Shown here: one piece after another, positions 1 through 10,409 of the stretch
How the letters are laid out: each line of letters begins with the position of its first letter
Numbering within the stretch: the stretch's first letter is position 1
Source of the DNA: Candidatus Latescibacterota bacterium
GTDB taxonomy: Bacteria > Latescibacterota > UBA2968 > GCA-2709665
Direction of reading: 5' to 3'
DNA length: 64,000 nt
Assembly (NCBI GenBank): GCA_965237675.1
Contig: OZ250150.1
Coordinates: 3,776,001-3,840,000, forward strand
The notes under the pieces: model-generated
The model's database searches: none
What the model was told of the DNA's origin: nothing
The model's input: the letters and a program-made list of their open reading frames with translations, nothing else
Position numbers and translations under genes: made by a program

Positions 1-906
1 GCCGGCAATATGGGGTGTGCCGGCCTCGAAGCGGGCGGGTGGATCGGCATAGGTGGTTTTTTCAAGCGAAACTTCACGAATCATGCCGCCTCCGCCCTTG
101 TAGGGCGGCATCGATTCAAGCAGTTCACTTCTCCCGTAAAGAACCCCGATGCCGGTCGGACCGTATAGCTTGTGCCCCGAAAAGGCGTAGAAGTCACATC
201 CGAGTGCCTGAACGTCCACTTTGAAATGGGGAACCGCCTGTGCTCCATCCAGGAGTACGGGGATACTGCGTTCATGTGCCAGTTCCACGATTGCGGCTAC
301 CGGATTGAGGGTGCCAAGGACGTTCGACACGTGTACGACGGCCACAAGTTTCGTACGCTCGTTCAGCCGTCTTTCAACCTCGTCGATCTGCAACTCGCCC
401 CGGTCATTAATGGGTATCACACGCAGTTTTGCACCTTTTTCCTCGCAGAGCATCTGCCACGGCACGATGTTCGAGTGGTGTTCCATGGCGGAAACGAGGA
501 TTTCGTCACCGGCTTCCACGTTTTTGCGGCCGAATGTCTGGGCAACGAGGTTAATGCTGTCCGTGGTGCCGCTGGTGAAGATGATTTCTCTGTCGTGGGC
601 CGCGTTCAGAAACTGACGGACCTTGCTGCGTGCCCCTTCGTAGGAATCCGTTGCAAGCTGGCTGAGAAGATGAACCCCGCGGTGCACGTTGGCGTTGGCC
701 GTTTCGTAAAAAACCTCAAGCACGTCCAGCACATCTCTGGGTTTCTGGGTTGTTGCCGCGTTGTCAAGGTAGACCAGCGGGTTGTCCCGTATGGATTGGC
801 TCAGTACCGGAAAATCCATCCGGATACGGTAGGGATCGAAAGGACCCGCGCGTTCAATGAGCGGGCAGGAAAGCCGTTCGGCCAGGGCATGCGCTGTCAG
901 GCTCAT
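1..906 (-). CDS. sufS: Cysteine desulfurase SufS (3' end runs off the window)
   Basis: Not in the ORF track. Manual minus-strand translation from ATG 906 (ATGA overlap with the sufD stop) gives YLDNAATTQKP, ANVHRG, MEHHSNIVPWQ, LDGAQ, FSGHKLYGPTGIG and RFEAGTP. Confidence 0.95.
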   Translation of the reverse strand, partial: MSLTAHALAERLSCPLIERAGPFDPYRIRMDFPVLSQSIRDNPLVYLDNAATTQKPRDVLDVLEVFYETANANVHRGVHLLSQLATDSYEGARSKVRQFLNAAHDREIIFTSGTTDSINLVAQTFGRKNVEAGDEILVSAMEHHSNIVPWQMLCEEKGAKLRVIPINDRGELQIDEVERRLNERTKLVAVVHVSNVLGTLNPVAAIVELAHERSIPVLLDGAQAVPHFKVDVQALGCDFYAFSGHKLYGPTGIGVLYGRSELLESMPPYKGGGGMIREVSLEKTTYADPPARFEAGTPHIAG

Positions 907-2228
907 GGGATTTTCCCGACGTTTCGCGCCTGTTCGAATCTGTCCATTACAATCCGTTCGAGATAGTCCCGGACGGAATCGGGTTTGATTCTGTTCAGGA
1001 TGTCGACCGCGAATGCATGGACAAGGATGCGCTGTGCGGCCGCGTGACTTAACCCGCGAGAGCGCAGGTAAAAGACCGCGTTCTGATCGAGTTGCCCTAT
1101 TGTTGCGCCGTGGGAGCACTTCACCTGGTCGGCGTAGATTTCGAGTTGGGGTTTGGTATTGATGCCGGCGCCGTCGGAGATGAGCAGGCTCTGGCTGCTC
1201 TGGTAGGCGTCGGTCTCCTGAGCCTTCCGGTGGACGTGTATCTTGCCGCGAAACACGCCACTGGATCTGCCGCCGAGAATACCCTTGTAGAGTTCGTGGC
1301 TGTTGCAATTCGGCTCGGCGTGTTCGATCAGGGTGTGGTTATCGATATGCTGCTCTTTGTCGGTCAAATAGAAGCCGTTGACCGTGGCTTCACCGGCTTC
1401 GCCGGCCAGCAACGCGTTGACTTCGTTGCGGACCAGTTTGCCGCCCAGAGAAATGGCGTGTGTGGACAGATTGCTCCCGGCGCCCTGACGGGCTTGCATG
1501 GTGGCGATATGAAACGCGTCCGGGCTCTCGAGTTCCAGTTTGTAGTGATCCACCACCGCGCGGTCGCCGGCGATGACTTCGGTGACCGCGTTTGTGAAAT
1601 AGGCGCCGCCACCCGTGTAGGTTTCGATAATCGTGGCCTGGCTGTCTTCTTCGGCCAGGACAAGCGTGCGGGGGTGTGAAATGGACGGGTCGCCTGAAGG
1701 GATTGAAACAAACAGGATGTGAATGGGAGATTCGACAGCCGTGCCCCGTGGGACATATACACAGGCACCATCCTGGAGAAATGCGGTGTTGAGCGCGACG
1801 AAGGCGTGCTCCTCGTACGCGGCGTGCCGCGCAATATGGGTTTCCACCCATTCGGGTTCGAAGGCCATCAATTCGGACAGACTGCACACCCGCACGCCGG
1901 GCGGGAGGTTCCCCGTGCGGGAATATTCGGCATTGTAGAATCCATTGACGAAAACCAGGCGTGTGGCAGCCAGTTCCTGGATGGGATCTTCCGTTTTCCA
2001 GACCTGACGTACATCCTCTGCTGTCGTTGTGCGAAACGGAGTCCGGACAAGCGGAGCAACATTTGTGTGGAACCACGCTTCGTCCCTTGTGCCGGGAAAC
2101 CCGAGTTCCGCAAATCGTTCAATTGCAGACTTGCGAAGTGCGTGCAAGGGCGCGGCGAACCGTCCGTTCAGGCTCTCTTCAAAAGCGGTAAATGCCGACA
2201 GATAGGCGTGTGTGCCTCTGTTCCCCAT
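903..2228 (-). CDS. sufD: Fe-S cluster assembly protein SufD
   Basis: Motifs KPQLEIYADQVKCSHGATIGQLD and FYLRSRG. Start moved to ATG 2228 (AAGGAGG RBS upstream, clear of the sufC stop). Confidence 0.93.
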   Translation of the reverse strand: MGNRGTHAYLSAFTAFEESLNGRFAAPLHALRKSAIERFAELGFPGTRDEAWFHTNVAPLVRTPFRTTTAEDVRQVWKTEDPIQELAATRLVFVNGFYNAEYSRTGNLPPGVRVCSLSELMAFEPEWVETHIARHAAYEEHAFVALNTAFLQDGACVYVPRGTAVESPIHILFVSIPSGDPSISHPRTLVLAEEDSQATIIETYTGGGAYFTNAVTEVIAGDRAVVDHYKLELESPDAFHIATMQARQGAGSNLSTHAISLGGKLVRNEVNALLAGEAGEATVNGFYLTDKEQHIDNHTLIEHAEPNCNSHELYKGILGGRSSGVFRGKIHVHRKAQETDAYQSSQSLLISDGAGINTKPQLEIYADQVKCSHGATIGQLDQNAVFYLRSRGLSHAAAQRILVHAFAVDILNRIKPDSVRDYLERIVMDRFEQARNVGKIP

Positions 2229-2244
2229 GGTGCGGCGACCTCCT

Positions 2245-3018
2245 TTAAGGACGGGCGAATCGGGCCGTCGACTCTTCACGAATCCAATCGTAGCCTTCCG
2301 CTTCGAGCTTCTGGGCGAGTTCCTTGCCACCCGATTTGACAATCCGGCCCTTCAGAAGAACATGCACGGCGTCCGGCACGATGTAGTCCAGCAGCCGCTG
2401 GTAGTGGGTAACCACGAGAACCGCGCTCCCGGGGTTTTTCCGGTGAAGCGTGTTCACGCCGTTGGCCACGATCTTCAGGGCGTCGATATCCAAACCGGAG
2501 TCCGTTTCGTCCATGATAGCCAGCCGGGGTTCGAGCATTGCCATCTGGAATATTTCGTTTCGTTTTTTTTCACCGCCGGAGAAGCCTTCGTTGACCGCCC
2601 GATTGAGAAACGACTGGTCCATTTCCACCAGTTCCAGCTTCTCCCTGGACAGAGCGAGAAAATCCATGGCGTCGAGTTCATCCTGGCCGCGTGCTTTTCG
2701 AAGTTCATTGAGCGCAGTCCGAAGAAAATAGGCGCTGTTGACGCCGGGAATTTCCACCGGGTACTGAAAAGCCATGAAGACGCCGGCCTGGGCGCGTTCT
2801 TCCGGTTCCAATTCCAACAGGTCTTCGCCTTCGTAGAGAATCTCGCCGCGGGTCACTTCGTATTCTTCTCGGCCGGCCAATACCTGGGCAAGGGTGCTCT
2901 TTCCGGATCCGTTGGGACCCATAATGGCGTGGATTTCGCCGGCGTTGATTTTCAGGTCGATGCCGGTAAGGATGCGGGTGCCTTCGACGCTTGCGTGGAG
3001 GTCGTTGACTTCGAGCAT
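2245..3018 (-). CDS. sufC: Fe-S cluster assembly ATPase SufC
   Basis: Walker [45 protein letters not shown]. Confidence 0.97.
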   Translation of the reverse strand: MLEVNDLHASVEGTRILTGIDLKINAGEIHAIMGPNGSGKSTLAQVLAGREEYEVTRGEILYEGEDLLELEPEERAQAGVFMAFQYPVEIPGVNSAYFLRTALNELRKARGQDELDAMDFLALSREKLELVEMDQSFLNRAVNEGFSGGEKKRNEIFQMAMLEPRLAIMDETDSGLDIDALKIVANGVNTLHRKNPGSAVLVVTHYQRLLDYIVPDAVHVLLKGRIVKSGGKELAQKLEAEGYDWIREESTARFARP

Positions 3019-3159
3019 GCGTGTTCCTTATTTATAGACTGTCCTTTGTTGCAGTCGTGAGGCGCTGTCTGGCCGGGCGTTTTTTTAAAGGCCTCCGGCG
3101 ACGCCTTCGATGTGTTCGCAGATTCTTTCTGTGTCGCCTGGGCGCGTTCCCCGTGCGTG

Positions 3160-4626
3160 TTATCCCACGCTGCCTTCCAGGCTGATGCCAAGCAACTTCT
3201 GGGCCTCGACGGCGAATTCCATCGGGAGTTCGGCCAGCACTTCCCTGCAGAAGCCGTTGACGATCATGGAGACGGCGTCTTCGGTGGAGATGCCGCGCTG
3301 GTTACAGTAGAAAATTTGATCTTCACCGATTTTTGAGGTGGAGGCTTCGTGCTCTACCTGGGAGGTGGTGTTTCTCACGTCGATGTACGGGAAGGTGTGA
3401 GCCCCGCAACGGTCGCCGATGAGCATGGAGTCGCACTGGGTAAAGTTTCGGGCGTTCGCTGCGCCTTTTAGTACCTGCACCCGGCCCCGATAGGTATTCT
3501 GACCGTTCTTGGCGGAGATGCCTTTCGAAATGATGGTGCTGCGCGTGTTTTTACCCAGATGAATCATCTTCGTGCCCGTATCGGCCTGTTGGCGCCCGGT
3601 GGTGACGGCCACGGAGTAGAATTCGCCAACGGAGTTGTCGCCCTGGAGAATGCAGCTGGGATATTTCCAGGTGATGGCCGATCCGGTTTCAACCTGCGTC
3701 CAGGAGATTTTCGCGTTGGCGCCGCGGCAGGCGCCGCGTTTGGTGACAAAGTTGTAGATCCCGCCAACACCGTTTTCGTCTCCCGGATACCAGTTCTGAA
3801 CGGTCGAGTATTTGATCTGCGCGTTGTCGAGGGCAACCAGTTCCACGACGGCGGCATGGAGCTGATTCTCGTCTCTCTTGGGGGCCGTGCAACCTTCGAG
3901 ATACGATACGTAAGCCCCGTCTTCAGCGACGATCAGCGTCCTCTCGAACTGGCCTGTATTGGCTGCGTTGATTCGGAAGTACGTGGACAGTTCCATGGGG
4001 CACCGCACACCGCGGGGGATGTAGCAGAAGGACCCGTCCGTAAAGACCGCGGAGTTGAGAGCGGCGAAGAAATTGTCATTGTAGGGCACGACCGAACCGA
4101 GGTATTTCTTCACTATTTCGGTGTGTTCTTGCACGGCTTCCGAGAACGAGCAGAAAATGATGCCCAAGTCAGACAGTTTGTCTTTAAACGTCGTGGCCAC
4201 GGAAACGCTGTCGAAAACGGCGTCGACCGCCACGCCGGCAAGTATTTTCTGCTCTTGGAGAGGGATGCCCAATTTCTCATACGTGCTCAGGATTTCAGGG
4301 TCAACCTCGTCGAGGCTCTGGAGCGCGTCCTGGTTTTTGGGTGCGGAGTAATATATAATGTTCTGATAGTCGATGTCCGGATAGTCGACCATGGCCCACT
4401 GGCGGCTTTGCTTGCGACGGGTCGGATCATCCATCTTCAGCCAGTTGCGATAGGCTTTAAGGCGCCATTGCAATAGCCAGTCGGGTTCGCTTTTCTTCTC
4501 GGAAATAAACGCGATAATGTCTTCATTCAGGCCAGGGGGCGCGGCGTCCGTTTCGATGTCCGTTACGAAACCGTATTTGTACTCTCTGGTCGCCAGTTCT
4601 TCAATTTCCTGCACTTCCTCGCTCAT
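3160..4626 (-). CDS. sufB: Fe-S cluster assembly protein SufB
   Basis: [60 protein letters not shown]. Confidence 0.98.
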   Translation of the reverse strand: MSEEVQEIEELATREYKYGFVTDIETDAAPPGLNEDIIAFISEKKSEPDWLLQWRLKAYRNWLKMDDPTRRKQSRQWAMVDYPDIDYQNIIYYSAPKNQDALQSLDEVDPEILSTYEKLGIPLQEQKILAGVAVDAVFDSVSVATTFKDKLSDLGIIFCSFSEAVQEHTEIVKKYLGSVVPYNDNFFAALNSAVFTDGSFCYIPRGVRCPMELSTYFRINAANTGQFERTLIVAEDGAYVSYLEGCTAPKRDENQLHAAVVELVALDNAQIKYSTVQNWYPGDENGVGGIYNFVTKRGACRGANAKISWTQVETGSAITWKYPSCILQGDNSVGEFYSVAVTTGRQQADTGTKMIHLGKNTRSTIISKGISAKNGQNTYRGRVQVLKGAANARNFTQCDSMLIGDRCGAHTFPYIDVRNTTSQVEHEASTSKIGEDQIFYCNQRGISTEDAVSMIVNGFCREVLAELPMEFAVEAQKLLGISLEGSVG

Positions 4627-4711
4627 CGGGTGCTCCTTCCATCGCTTGAAAGGGCATTAGTTTTGTTATTGTTTGTGCGACTCGACGATAACGTTTCCTG
4701 AATTCAAGCTT

Positions 4712-4740
4712 AACATACCCAATCCGTATCCATGTGTCAA
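4712..4740 (-). promoter_or_regulatory. Sigma70-type promoter of the suf operon
   Basis: Minus strand TTGACA-17 nt-TATGTT, about 85 nt upstream of the sufB start. Confidence 0.65.
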
Positions 4741-4835
4741 GATTAAAAATGTACAAAAAAGTCAAGTTTGCCGGATCCGTTATCACGAGGACTGGCTCAA
4801 CCATGGGGAACGAATGCGCGAGGGGTGCTTTTCTC

Positions 4836-4865
4836 TTGACAGATGCGCAAGGATTTCGCTAATTT
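4836..4865 (+). promoter_or_regulatory. Putative sigma70-type promoter of the nuo operon
   Basis: TTGACA-18 nt-TAATTT, about 100 nt upstream of nuoA. Confidence 0.5.
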
Positions 4866-4963
4866 ATCGCCGTCAGTTCGGAAAGCGGATAACGATAGAT
4901 TGAAGCCCTGCGCAACGTCGGAGTTTCTTTTCATGGCGTTGCTCCTCGGGAGGTCCCGAAACG

Positions 4964-5383
4964 ATGCTGGATCAATATGCCAACGTTCTGATATTCCTGG
5001 GGATCGGCGCTCTCTTCGTCGTGGTCAATCTCTTCATCGGCAGTCTGATTCGGCCCCGGAATCCCAGCGCCGAGAAACTGAGTACATACGAGTGCGGTGA
5101 AGAACCCGTCGGAGGTTCCTGGATTCAATTCAATATTCGGTTCTACGTGATTGCCCTGGATTTCATCATCTTCGACGTGGAAGTGGTATTGCTTTATCCG
5201 TGGGCGGTGGTCGCCAACGACTTCGGCTGGTATGGCTTCGGCGCCATGTCGATTTTCGTGGTGGTGCTCCTGCTTGGCTTGGCGTATGCCTGGCGGAAGG
5301 GCGCCCTCGAATGGGTGCGTCCCAAGCTCTCGGGGCGGCAGGCGCCGGTAGCCGCTCCCGCCGGCGGAGGCCACGTTGCCTGA
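4964..5383 (+). CDS. nuoA: NADH-quinone oxidoreductase subunit A
   Basis: YECGEEP, RFYVIALDFIIFDVE, KGALEW; three TM segments. Confidence 0.96.
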   Translation: MLDQYANVLIFLGIGALFVVVNLFIGSLIRPRNPSAEKLSTYECGEEPVGGSWIQFNIRFYVIALDFIIFDVEVVLLYPWAVVANDFGWYGFGAMSIFVVVLLLGLAYAWRKGALEWVRPKLSGRQAPVAAPAGGGHVA

Positions 5384-5523
5384 TCCGCCCGCCCGTTCCG
5401 GTCACACAGAAGGCGTGTGGGTTGATTTACGCCATTTTTTCAATGACCTGATATCAATCCGTTGCCCTTCACGGTGTTCGGATTCCATCGTCTGCTTGGA
5501 CGCTTCAGGAGGCATGCCTACTC

Positions 5524-6009
5524 ATGGGAAAGCTCACAGGTCGTTTCCAGGATAATGTAATCGTGACGTCGGTCGATTATTTCGTCAATTGGGCCCGTCT
5601 GTCCTCGCTCTGGCCGATGACGTTCGGATTGGCGTGTTGCGCCATAGAAATGATGGCCACGGGGGCGTCGCGGTACGATTGGTCGCGGTTGGGGATGGTC
5701 CCGCGCGCCACACCCCGGCAGTCTGATTTGATGATTGTGGCTGGCACGGTTACGTTGAAAATGGCCAGTCGCGTGAAGAAATTGTACGACCAGATGGCTG
5801 AGCCCAGGTACGTCATGTCCATGGGCTGTTGCGCCACGTCGGGCGGACCCTATTGGCAACACGGGTACCATGTATTGAAGGGTGTCGACCGGGTTGTGCC
5901 GGTTGACGTCTATGTCCCCGGCTGTCCTCCTAGGCCGGAGGCCTTGTTGGAGGGCGTACTAAAACTCCAGGACAAGATCCGAATCGATTCCATTGCGAGA
6001 GTGAGTTAG
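5524..6009 (+). CDS. nuoB: NADH-quinone oxidoreductase subunit B
   Basis: [42 protein letters not shown]. Confidence 0.97.
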   Translation: MGKLTGRFQDNVIVTSVDYFVNWARLSSLWPMTFGLACCAIEMMATGASRYDWSRLGMVPRATPRQSDLMIVAGTVTLKMASRVKKLYDQMAEPRYVMSMGCCATSGGPYWQHGYHVLKGVDRVVPVDVYVPGCPPRPEALLEGVLKLQDKIRIDSIARVS

Positions 6010-6053
6010 GCAGCGTCCGCAAGTTCGCGCCGGACCGGATGTGGGGGCAATCA

Positions 6054-6524
6054 ATGACGCCGCAGGAGATTTTTGATCGTCTAAAGGAGAAATTCGCCGA
6101 CCGGGTTCTGGATCTGGCCGAAAACGTGGATCCGTTTGTTCGGGTAAAGGCCGACGCCATACAGGAAATTGGCCTGTATTTGCGAGACGACGAGACAATG
6201 CGGTTCGAGTCGCTGATGTGTCTGAGCGGGGTGGATTATCCGGAACACCTGACGGTGGTCTACCATCTGTTTTCGACGTCCCGCGGTCACAAGATAACGT
6301 TAAAAGCGGAGGTGGGAAGAGACGAACCCCACGTGCCAACGGTCGAAGGTGTATGGCGGGTGGCGAACTGGCACGAACGCGAGACGTACGATATGTTCGG
6401 GATTGTCTTTGACGGGCACAGCGATCCGCGCCGGATTCTGTGTCCCGACGACTGGGAAGGGTGGCCCCTGCGCAAGGATTACCAGGTGCAGGAATATTAC
6501 CGCGGCATCAGAGTTGAGGTATAA
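6054..6524 (+). CDS. nuoC: NADH-quinone oxidoreductase subunit C
   Basis: ANWHERETYDMFGIVFDGH, GWPLRKDY. ATG 6054 preferred over upstream GTG. Confidence 0.95.
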   Translation: MTPQEIFDRLKEKFADRVLDLAENVDPFVRVKADAIQEIGLYLRDDETMRFESLMCLSGVDYPEHLTVVYHLFSTSRGHKITLKAEVGRDEPHVPTVEGVWRVANWHERETYDMFGIVFDGHSDPRRILCPDDWEGWPLRKDYQVQEYYRGIRVEV

Positions 6525-6527
6525 ATT

Positions 6528-7727
6528 ATGGCAGAGATTTCACGGGGGGCGGCCGCGGTTGCGGTGGAACGGCCAGGACTGCCGCCGGTTGCGGAAACGG
6601 GGGACGATAACTTAAACAGCGAGTTGATGACAATCAATATGGGACCCCAGCATCCAAGCACGCACGGGGTGCTGCGTTTGGAGATCAAGACCGACGGAGA
6701 GATTGTTGAGGAGGCAAAACCCCATATTGGTTATCTTCATCGTTGCTTTGAGAAACACGCCGAGAATCTGCCGTATCAGCAGGTGATACCGTTTACGGAT
6801 CGAATGGATTACCTCGCGGCGATGAACAACAATATGGGGTACGTACTGGCCGTTGAGAAACTCCTGGGACTCGAGATTCCGGAGCGAGTGGAGTATATCC
6901 GGATCATTATGTGCGAGTTGAACCGGATTGCCAGCCACCTGGTTTCCTTTGGGACCTACGGAATGGATATTGGGGCGTTTACGCCCTTTTTGTTTGCCTT
7001 CCGGGAGCGGGAAGATATTTTCGACCTGTTTGAAATGACGTGCGGGGCCCGGATGTTGTACAATTACATCTGGGTGGGCGGAGTTTCCCACGACCTGCCG
7101 CCGGGTTTCGTGGAACGCTGCCGGCATTTCCTGGGCGCGTTCAAGGGCAAAGTGAAAGAGTATAACGACCTGCTGACGTACAATAAAATTTTCATTGAAC
7201 GCACCGCCAACGTTGGTGTGTTGTCGCGCGAGTTGGCGTACAGTCACAACATTACCGGACCGAATCTGCGCGGTTGCGGGGTGCAATGGGACCTGCGTCG
7301 GGACGAACCGTATTCAATTTACGACCGTTTCGAATTTGACGTGCCCTGCGGCAAAGGGGAGATGGGGACCCTGGGGGATTGCTGGGATCGCTACATCGTG
7401 CGGATTCGTGAGATGGAGGAAAGCGCCAGGATTGTGTCTCAGGCGCTCGATCAGTTGCCCGAAGGGGGAGACGTACAGGCGGCGGTCCCCAGAAACGTGC
7501 GGCCACCGAAAGACACGGAGTGTTATGTTCGAAGTGAAAATCCCAGGGGCGAACTGGGAATATACGTGATCAGCGACGGTTCCAACGTGCCGTACCGGGT
7601 GCGCGTGAAATCGCCCTGTTTTACCGTGATGAGTGTTTTTGACGAACTCGCCAGGGGCCATTATCTGGCCGATATCATTGCAATTATCGGGAGCATCGAT
7701 ATCGTACTGGGCGAGATCGACCGTTAG
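6528..7727 (+). CDS. nuoD: NADH-quinone oxidoreductase subunit D
   Basis: NMGPQHPSTHGVLRL, GYLHRCFEK, DRMDYLA, ENPRGELG, GSIDIVLGEIDR. Confidence 0.97.
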   Translation: MAEISRGAAAVAVERPGLPPVAETGDDNLNSELMTINMGPQHPSTHGVLRLEIKTDGEIVEEAKPHIGYLHRCFEKHAENLPYQQVIPFTDRMDYLAAMNNNMGYVLAVEKLLGLEIPERVEYIRIIMCELNRIASHLVSFGTYGMDIGAFTPFLFAFREREDIFDLFEMTCGARMLYNYIWVGGVSHDLPPGFVERCRHFLGAFKGKVKEYNDLLTYNKIFIERTANVGVLSRELAYSHNITGPNLRGCGVQWDLRRDEPYSIYDRFEFDVPCGKGEMGTLGDCWDRYIVRIREMEESARIVSQALDQLPEGGDVQAAVPRNVRPPKDTECYVRSENPRGELGIYVISDGSNVPYRVRVKSPCFTVMSVFDELARGHYLADIIAIIGSIDIVLGEIDR

Positions 7728-7748
7728 GTGTGGTCCGAGGAGTACCTT

Positions 7749-8921
7749 ATGCCCGAGTTTGCGGAGGCTCTTGTAAATCAGGTTGGTTTTTTGAGTGCTG
7801 TGCCGATCGGTCTGGTGTCCCTTGCGTTGGGTCTGCTCGCCGGGATCGTGGTTGTTACGCTCGTTGCCGTGCTGGGCCTGATTATGGTGTATATGGAAAT
7901 GAAGATATCGGCCCATATCCAGGACCGATTGGGGCCGATGCGTACCGGCGGGTGGCACGGCTGGGCTCAGCCGCTTGCCGACGGTGTCAAGCTCCTGTTG
8001 AAGGAGGACATCATTCCGGCGGCGGCAGATAAATGGCTCTTCATTCTCGCGCCCCTTCTGGTTTTTTCCGGCGCTCTCGCTGTCTTCGTGTGTATCCCGT
8101 TCGGCGGCAACCTGATCGTGAGCAATCTGGACATTGGTATTTTTTATATTCTGGCCATTTCGTCGTTGGGAGTACTGGGCATTCTCATGGCCGGGTGGGC
8201 GTCCAATAACAAGTGGTCTCTCCTCGGCGCCATGCGTTCGGCCGCACAGGTGGTGAGCTATGAAATCCCGGTGGCCATGGCTTTTTTAAGTGTAATCCCG
8301 CTTGTGGGTTCCCTGAGCATGCAGGACCTGGTCGCCGCGCAGTCCGGGTCGTTGTATCACTGGTTCGTTTTTCGAAATCCATTTACGTTTCTTGCATTCA
8401 TCCTTTACTTTATCGCCTCTCTCGCAGAGGTCAACCGGACCCCGTTCGATATACCCGAGGCCGAATCCGAACTGGTGGCGGGATATCACACCGAATACAG
8501 CGGCATGCGCTTCTCGTTCTTTTTCGTGGCGGAATACGCGGCGATGGTTGGCGTGAGTATGGTTGGCGCGGTTGTATTTCTGGGTGGCTGGCAGGCGCCC
8601 TGGGGTGGTTCGTTTCCGGCTGGTCCCATCTGGATGATCGGCAAGGGCCTCTTCCTGGTGGCGGTGCAGATCTGGATTCGATGGACGCTTCCCCGGTTGC
8701 GCGTCGATCAGTTGATGTTCGTGGGCTGGAAGGTACTGACGCCGGCGGCGTTTCTGTGTCTGCTCGGGTCGGTCGTATGGCACTTCGCCGCTCCAGGATG
8801 GCTGCAGGAACTCGCGAAGGTTGGATTGATGGGCGTGATGGCCGTTGTTCTTATCTTCCTGTTGCGGTCCGCCGCTCAGGGATTGATGCAGGGGCGGACA
8901 CAGCGGGCCCGGGCAGCATGA
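7749..8921 (+). CDS. nuoH: NADH-quinone oxidoreductase subunit H
   Basis: [67 protein letters not shown] before ATG 7749. Confidence 0.97.
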   Translation: MPEFAEALVNQVGFLSAVPIGLVSLALGLLAGIVVVTLVAVLGLIMVYMEMKISAHIQDRLGPMRTGGWHGWAQPLADGVKLLLKEDIIPAAADKWLFILAPLLVFSGALAVFVCIPFGGNLIVSNLDIGIFYILAISSLGVLGILMAGWASNNKWSLLGAMRSAAQVVSYEIPVAMAFLSVIPLVGSLSMQDLVAAQSGSLYHWFVFRNPFTFLAFILYFIASLAEVNRTPFDIPEAESELVAGYHTEYSGMRFSFFFVAEYAAMVGVSMVGAVVFLGGWQAPWGGSFPAGPIWMIGKGLFLVAVQIWIRWTLPRLRVDQLMFVGWKVLTPAAFLCLLGSVVWHFAAPGWLQELAKVGLMGVMAVVLIFLLRSAAQGLMQGRTQRARAA

Positions 8922-8993
8922 TTCGCGGGCCAATTGCGTACGTATTCGAGCCATAGTCAGGATCAACTGGACGACTCCTCCAAAGGTGGTGCT

Positions 8994-9482
8994 ATGGGAT
9001 CGTATTTCAGAAATCTCTTTCAGTCGGCTTCTTCCATCTGGGTGGGCCTGAATATCACATTGAAGCACATGTTTACGCCTTCGATTACCCTGCAGTACCC
9101 GGAAGAGCGCTGGCAGATGCCGGAACGGTCGCGCAACCAGTTATTCAACGATATCGACGATTGTATCGGTTGCGATCAGTGCGCACGAGCCTGTCCGGTG
9201 GATTGCATTTATATCGAATGTGAAAAAGCCGGTCCGGACGAGGATCTGGGCCTGACGTCCATGGGAACAAAGAAGCGGCTCAAGGTTCTGCGTTTTGATA
9301 TCGACATGGGGCTTTGCTGTTATTGTGGTCTTTGTACGTATCCCTGCCCCACCGAATGTCTGATTATGACCCCCGATTACGAGTCGTCCGTCTACGATCG
9401 GACGGATCTGATCTACCGTTACGCCCGTCCCTGGGACTACGAACAAAAGCCCGCTGTCGCGGAGTCGGCGGAGCGTCAATAG
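8994..9482 (+). CDS. nuoI: NADH-quinone oxidoreductase subunit I
   Basis: TLQYPEE; two 4Fe-4S motifs CIGCDQCARACP and CCYCGLCTYPCP. Confidence 0.96.
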   Translation: MGSYFRNLFQSASSIWVGLNITLKHMFTPSITLQYPEERWQMPERSRNQLFNDIDDCIGCDQCARACPVDCIYIECEKAGPDEDLGLTSMGTKKRLKVLRFDIDMGLCCYCGLCTYPCPTECLIMTPDYESSVYDRTDLIYRYARPWDYEQKPAVAESAERQ

Positions 9483-9588
9483 ACTGCGGCGGCCCCGTCA
9501 TTTCAAGGCGCCGGGAACATGGGAGCCAGCCTTGCAGACGAAGGCGGTCGTCTATTGATGGCCCGGGGCTTCCGGAAATGGTTGTTAT

Positions 9589-10107
9589 ATGGAACTCTCG
9601 ACGATCGTGTTTTACCTGTTTGCCGCCGTGACCGTGGGCTCGGCGGCAGCAGTCGTGTTTGTGAGCCGGCTGATTTATGCAGTATTTGCCCTGCTGTTTA
9701 CGTTTTTCGGTGTTGCCGGTCTGTACGTCTTTCTCGATGCCGATTTCCTGGCGGGCGCGCAGGTATTGATCTATGTCGGAGGCATCCTGATTCTGTTGCT
9801 CTTCGGTGTGATGTTGACCAACCGGATCTACGATTTGAATTTGCTGGCCGAACGGGTGCAGTTTCTGCCCAGCGTGGTTGTTGTCGGCGCCGGTTTCGCG
9901 CTGCTGGTTATGGTGATCGTGAAAACGTCCTGGCCGCTTTCCGAGGGTCCCGCGCCGGCTTCCAGTACAGCGGAGATCGGCAAGTCGCTGATGACAACTT
10001 ACGTCCTGCCGTTCGAGGTGGCCGGAATGCTGTTGCTGGCGGCCCTGCTCGGGGCTTCGATGCTGGCCGGAAAGGGGAAGGGGGAGGAGGAGGAGGGGGA
10101 CTCATGA
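9589..10107 (+). CDS. nuoJ: NADH-quinone oxidoreductase subunit J
   Basis: QVLIYVGGILILLLFGVML, YVLPFEVAG. Confidence 0.95.
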   Translation: MELSTIVFYLFAAVTVGSAAAVVFVSRLIYAVFALLFTFFGVAGLYVFLDADFLAGAQVLIYVGGILILLLFGVMLTNRIYDLNLLAERVQFLPSVVVVGAGFALLVMVIVKTSWPLSEGPAPASSTAEIGKSLMTTYVLPFEVAGMLLLAALLGASMLAGKGKGEEEEGDS

Positions 10108-10409
10108 TTGGATTGGAGCACTATCTGGTCGTGGGGGCCATTCTTTTCTGCCTCGGTATTCTGGCGGTTGCCACGCGCCGCAACGCGATCAGCATTCTGA
10201 TGGGGGTGGAACTCATACTGAATGCCGCGAATCTGAATCTTGTCGCGTTTGCGCGGTTCTCCGATTCGGGATTGGAGGGGCAGGTTTTCGCCGTTTTCGT
10301 CATTGTCCTCGCGGCGGCGGAAGCGGCGGTTGCGCTGGCGATCGTTTTGAATATCTACCGCAATTATCAGATGGTCAACATCGACAGACTGGACTCTTTG
10401 AGCGGATGA
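10104..10409 (+). CDS. nuoK: NADH-quinone oxidoreductase subunit K
   Basis: C-terminal part of ORF 9519..10409 from ATG 10104 (ATGA overlap with nuoJ): MGVELILNAANLN, AAAEAAVALA. Confidence 0.95.
   Translation: MIGLEHYLVVGAILFCLGILAVATRRNAISILMGVELILNAANLNLVAFARFSDSGLEGQVFAVFVIVLAAAEAAVALAIVLNIYRNYQMVNIDRLDSLSG

Noticed and set aside
172-966. 264-aa plus-strand ORF, and similar long antisense ORFs (for example 20185..21261, 53091..54182, 58132..59364, 62297..63478)
   Set aside because: These are shadow frames of well-supported genes on the opposite strand in GC-rich DNA, with no recognisable motifs.
9519-10103. Long N-terminal extension of NuoK
   Set aside because: It overlaps nuoJ in another frame. 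The real start is ATG 10104.
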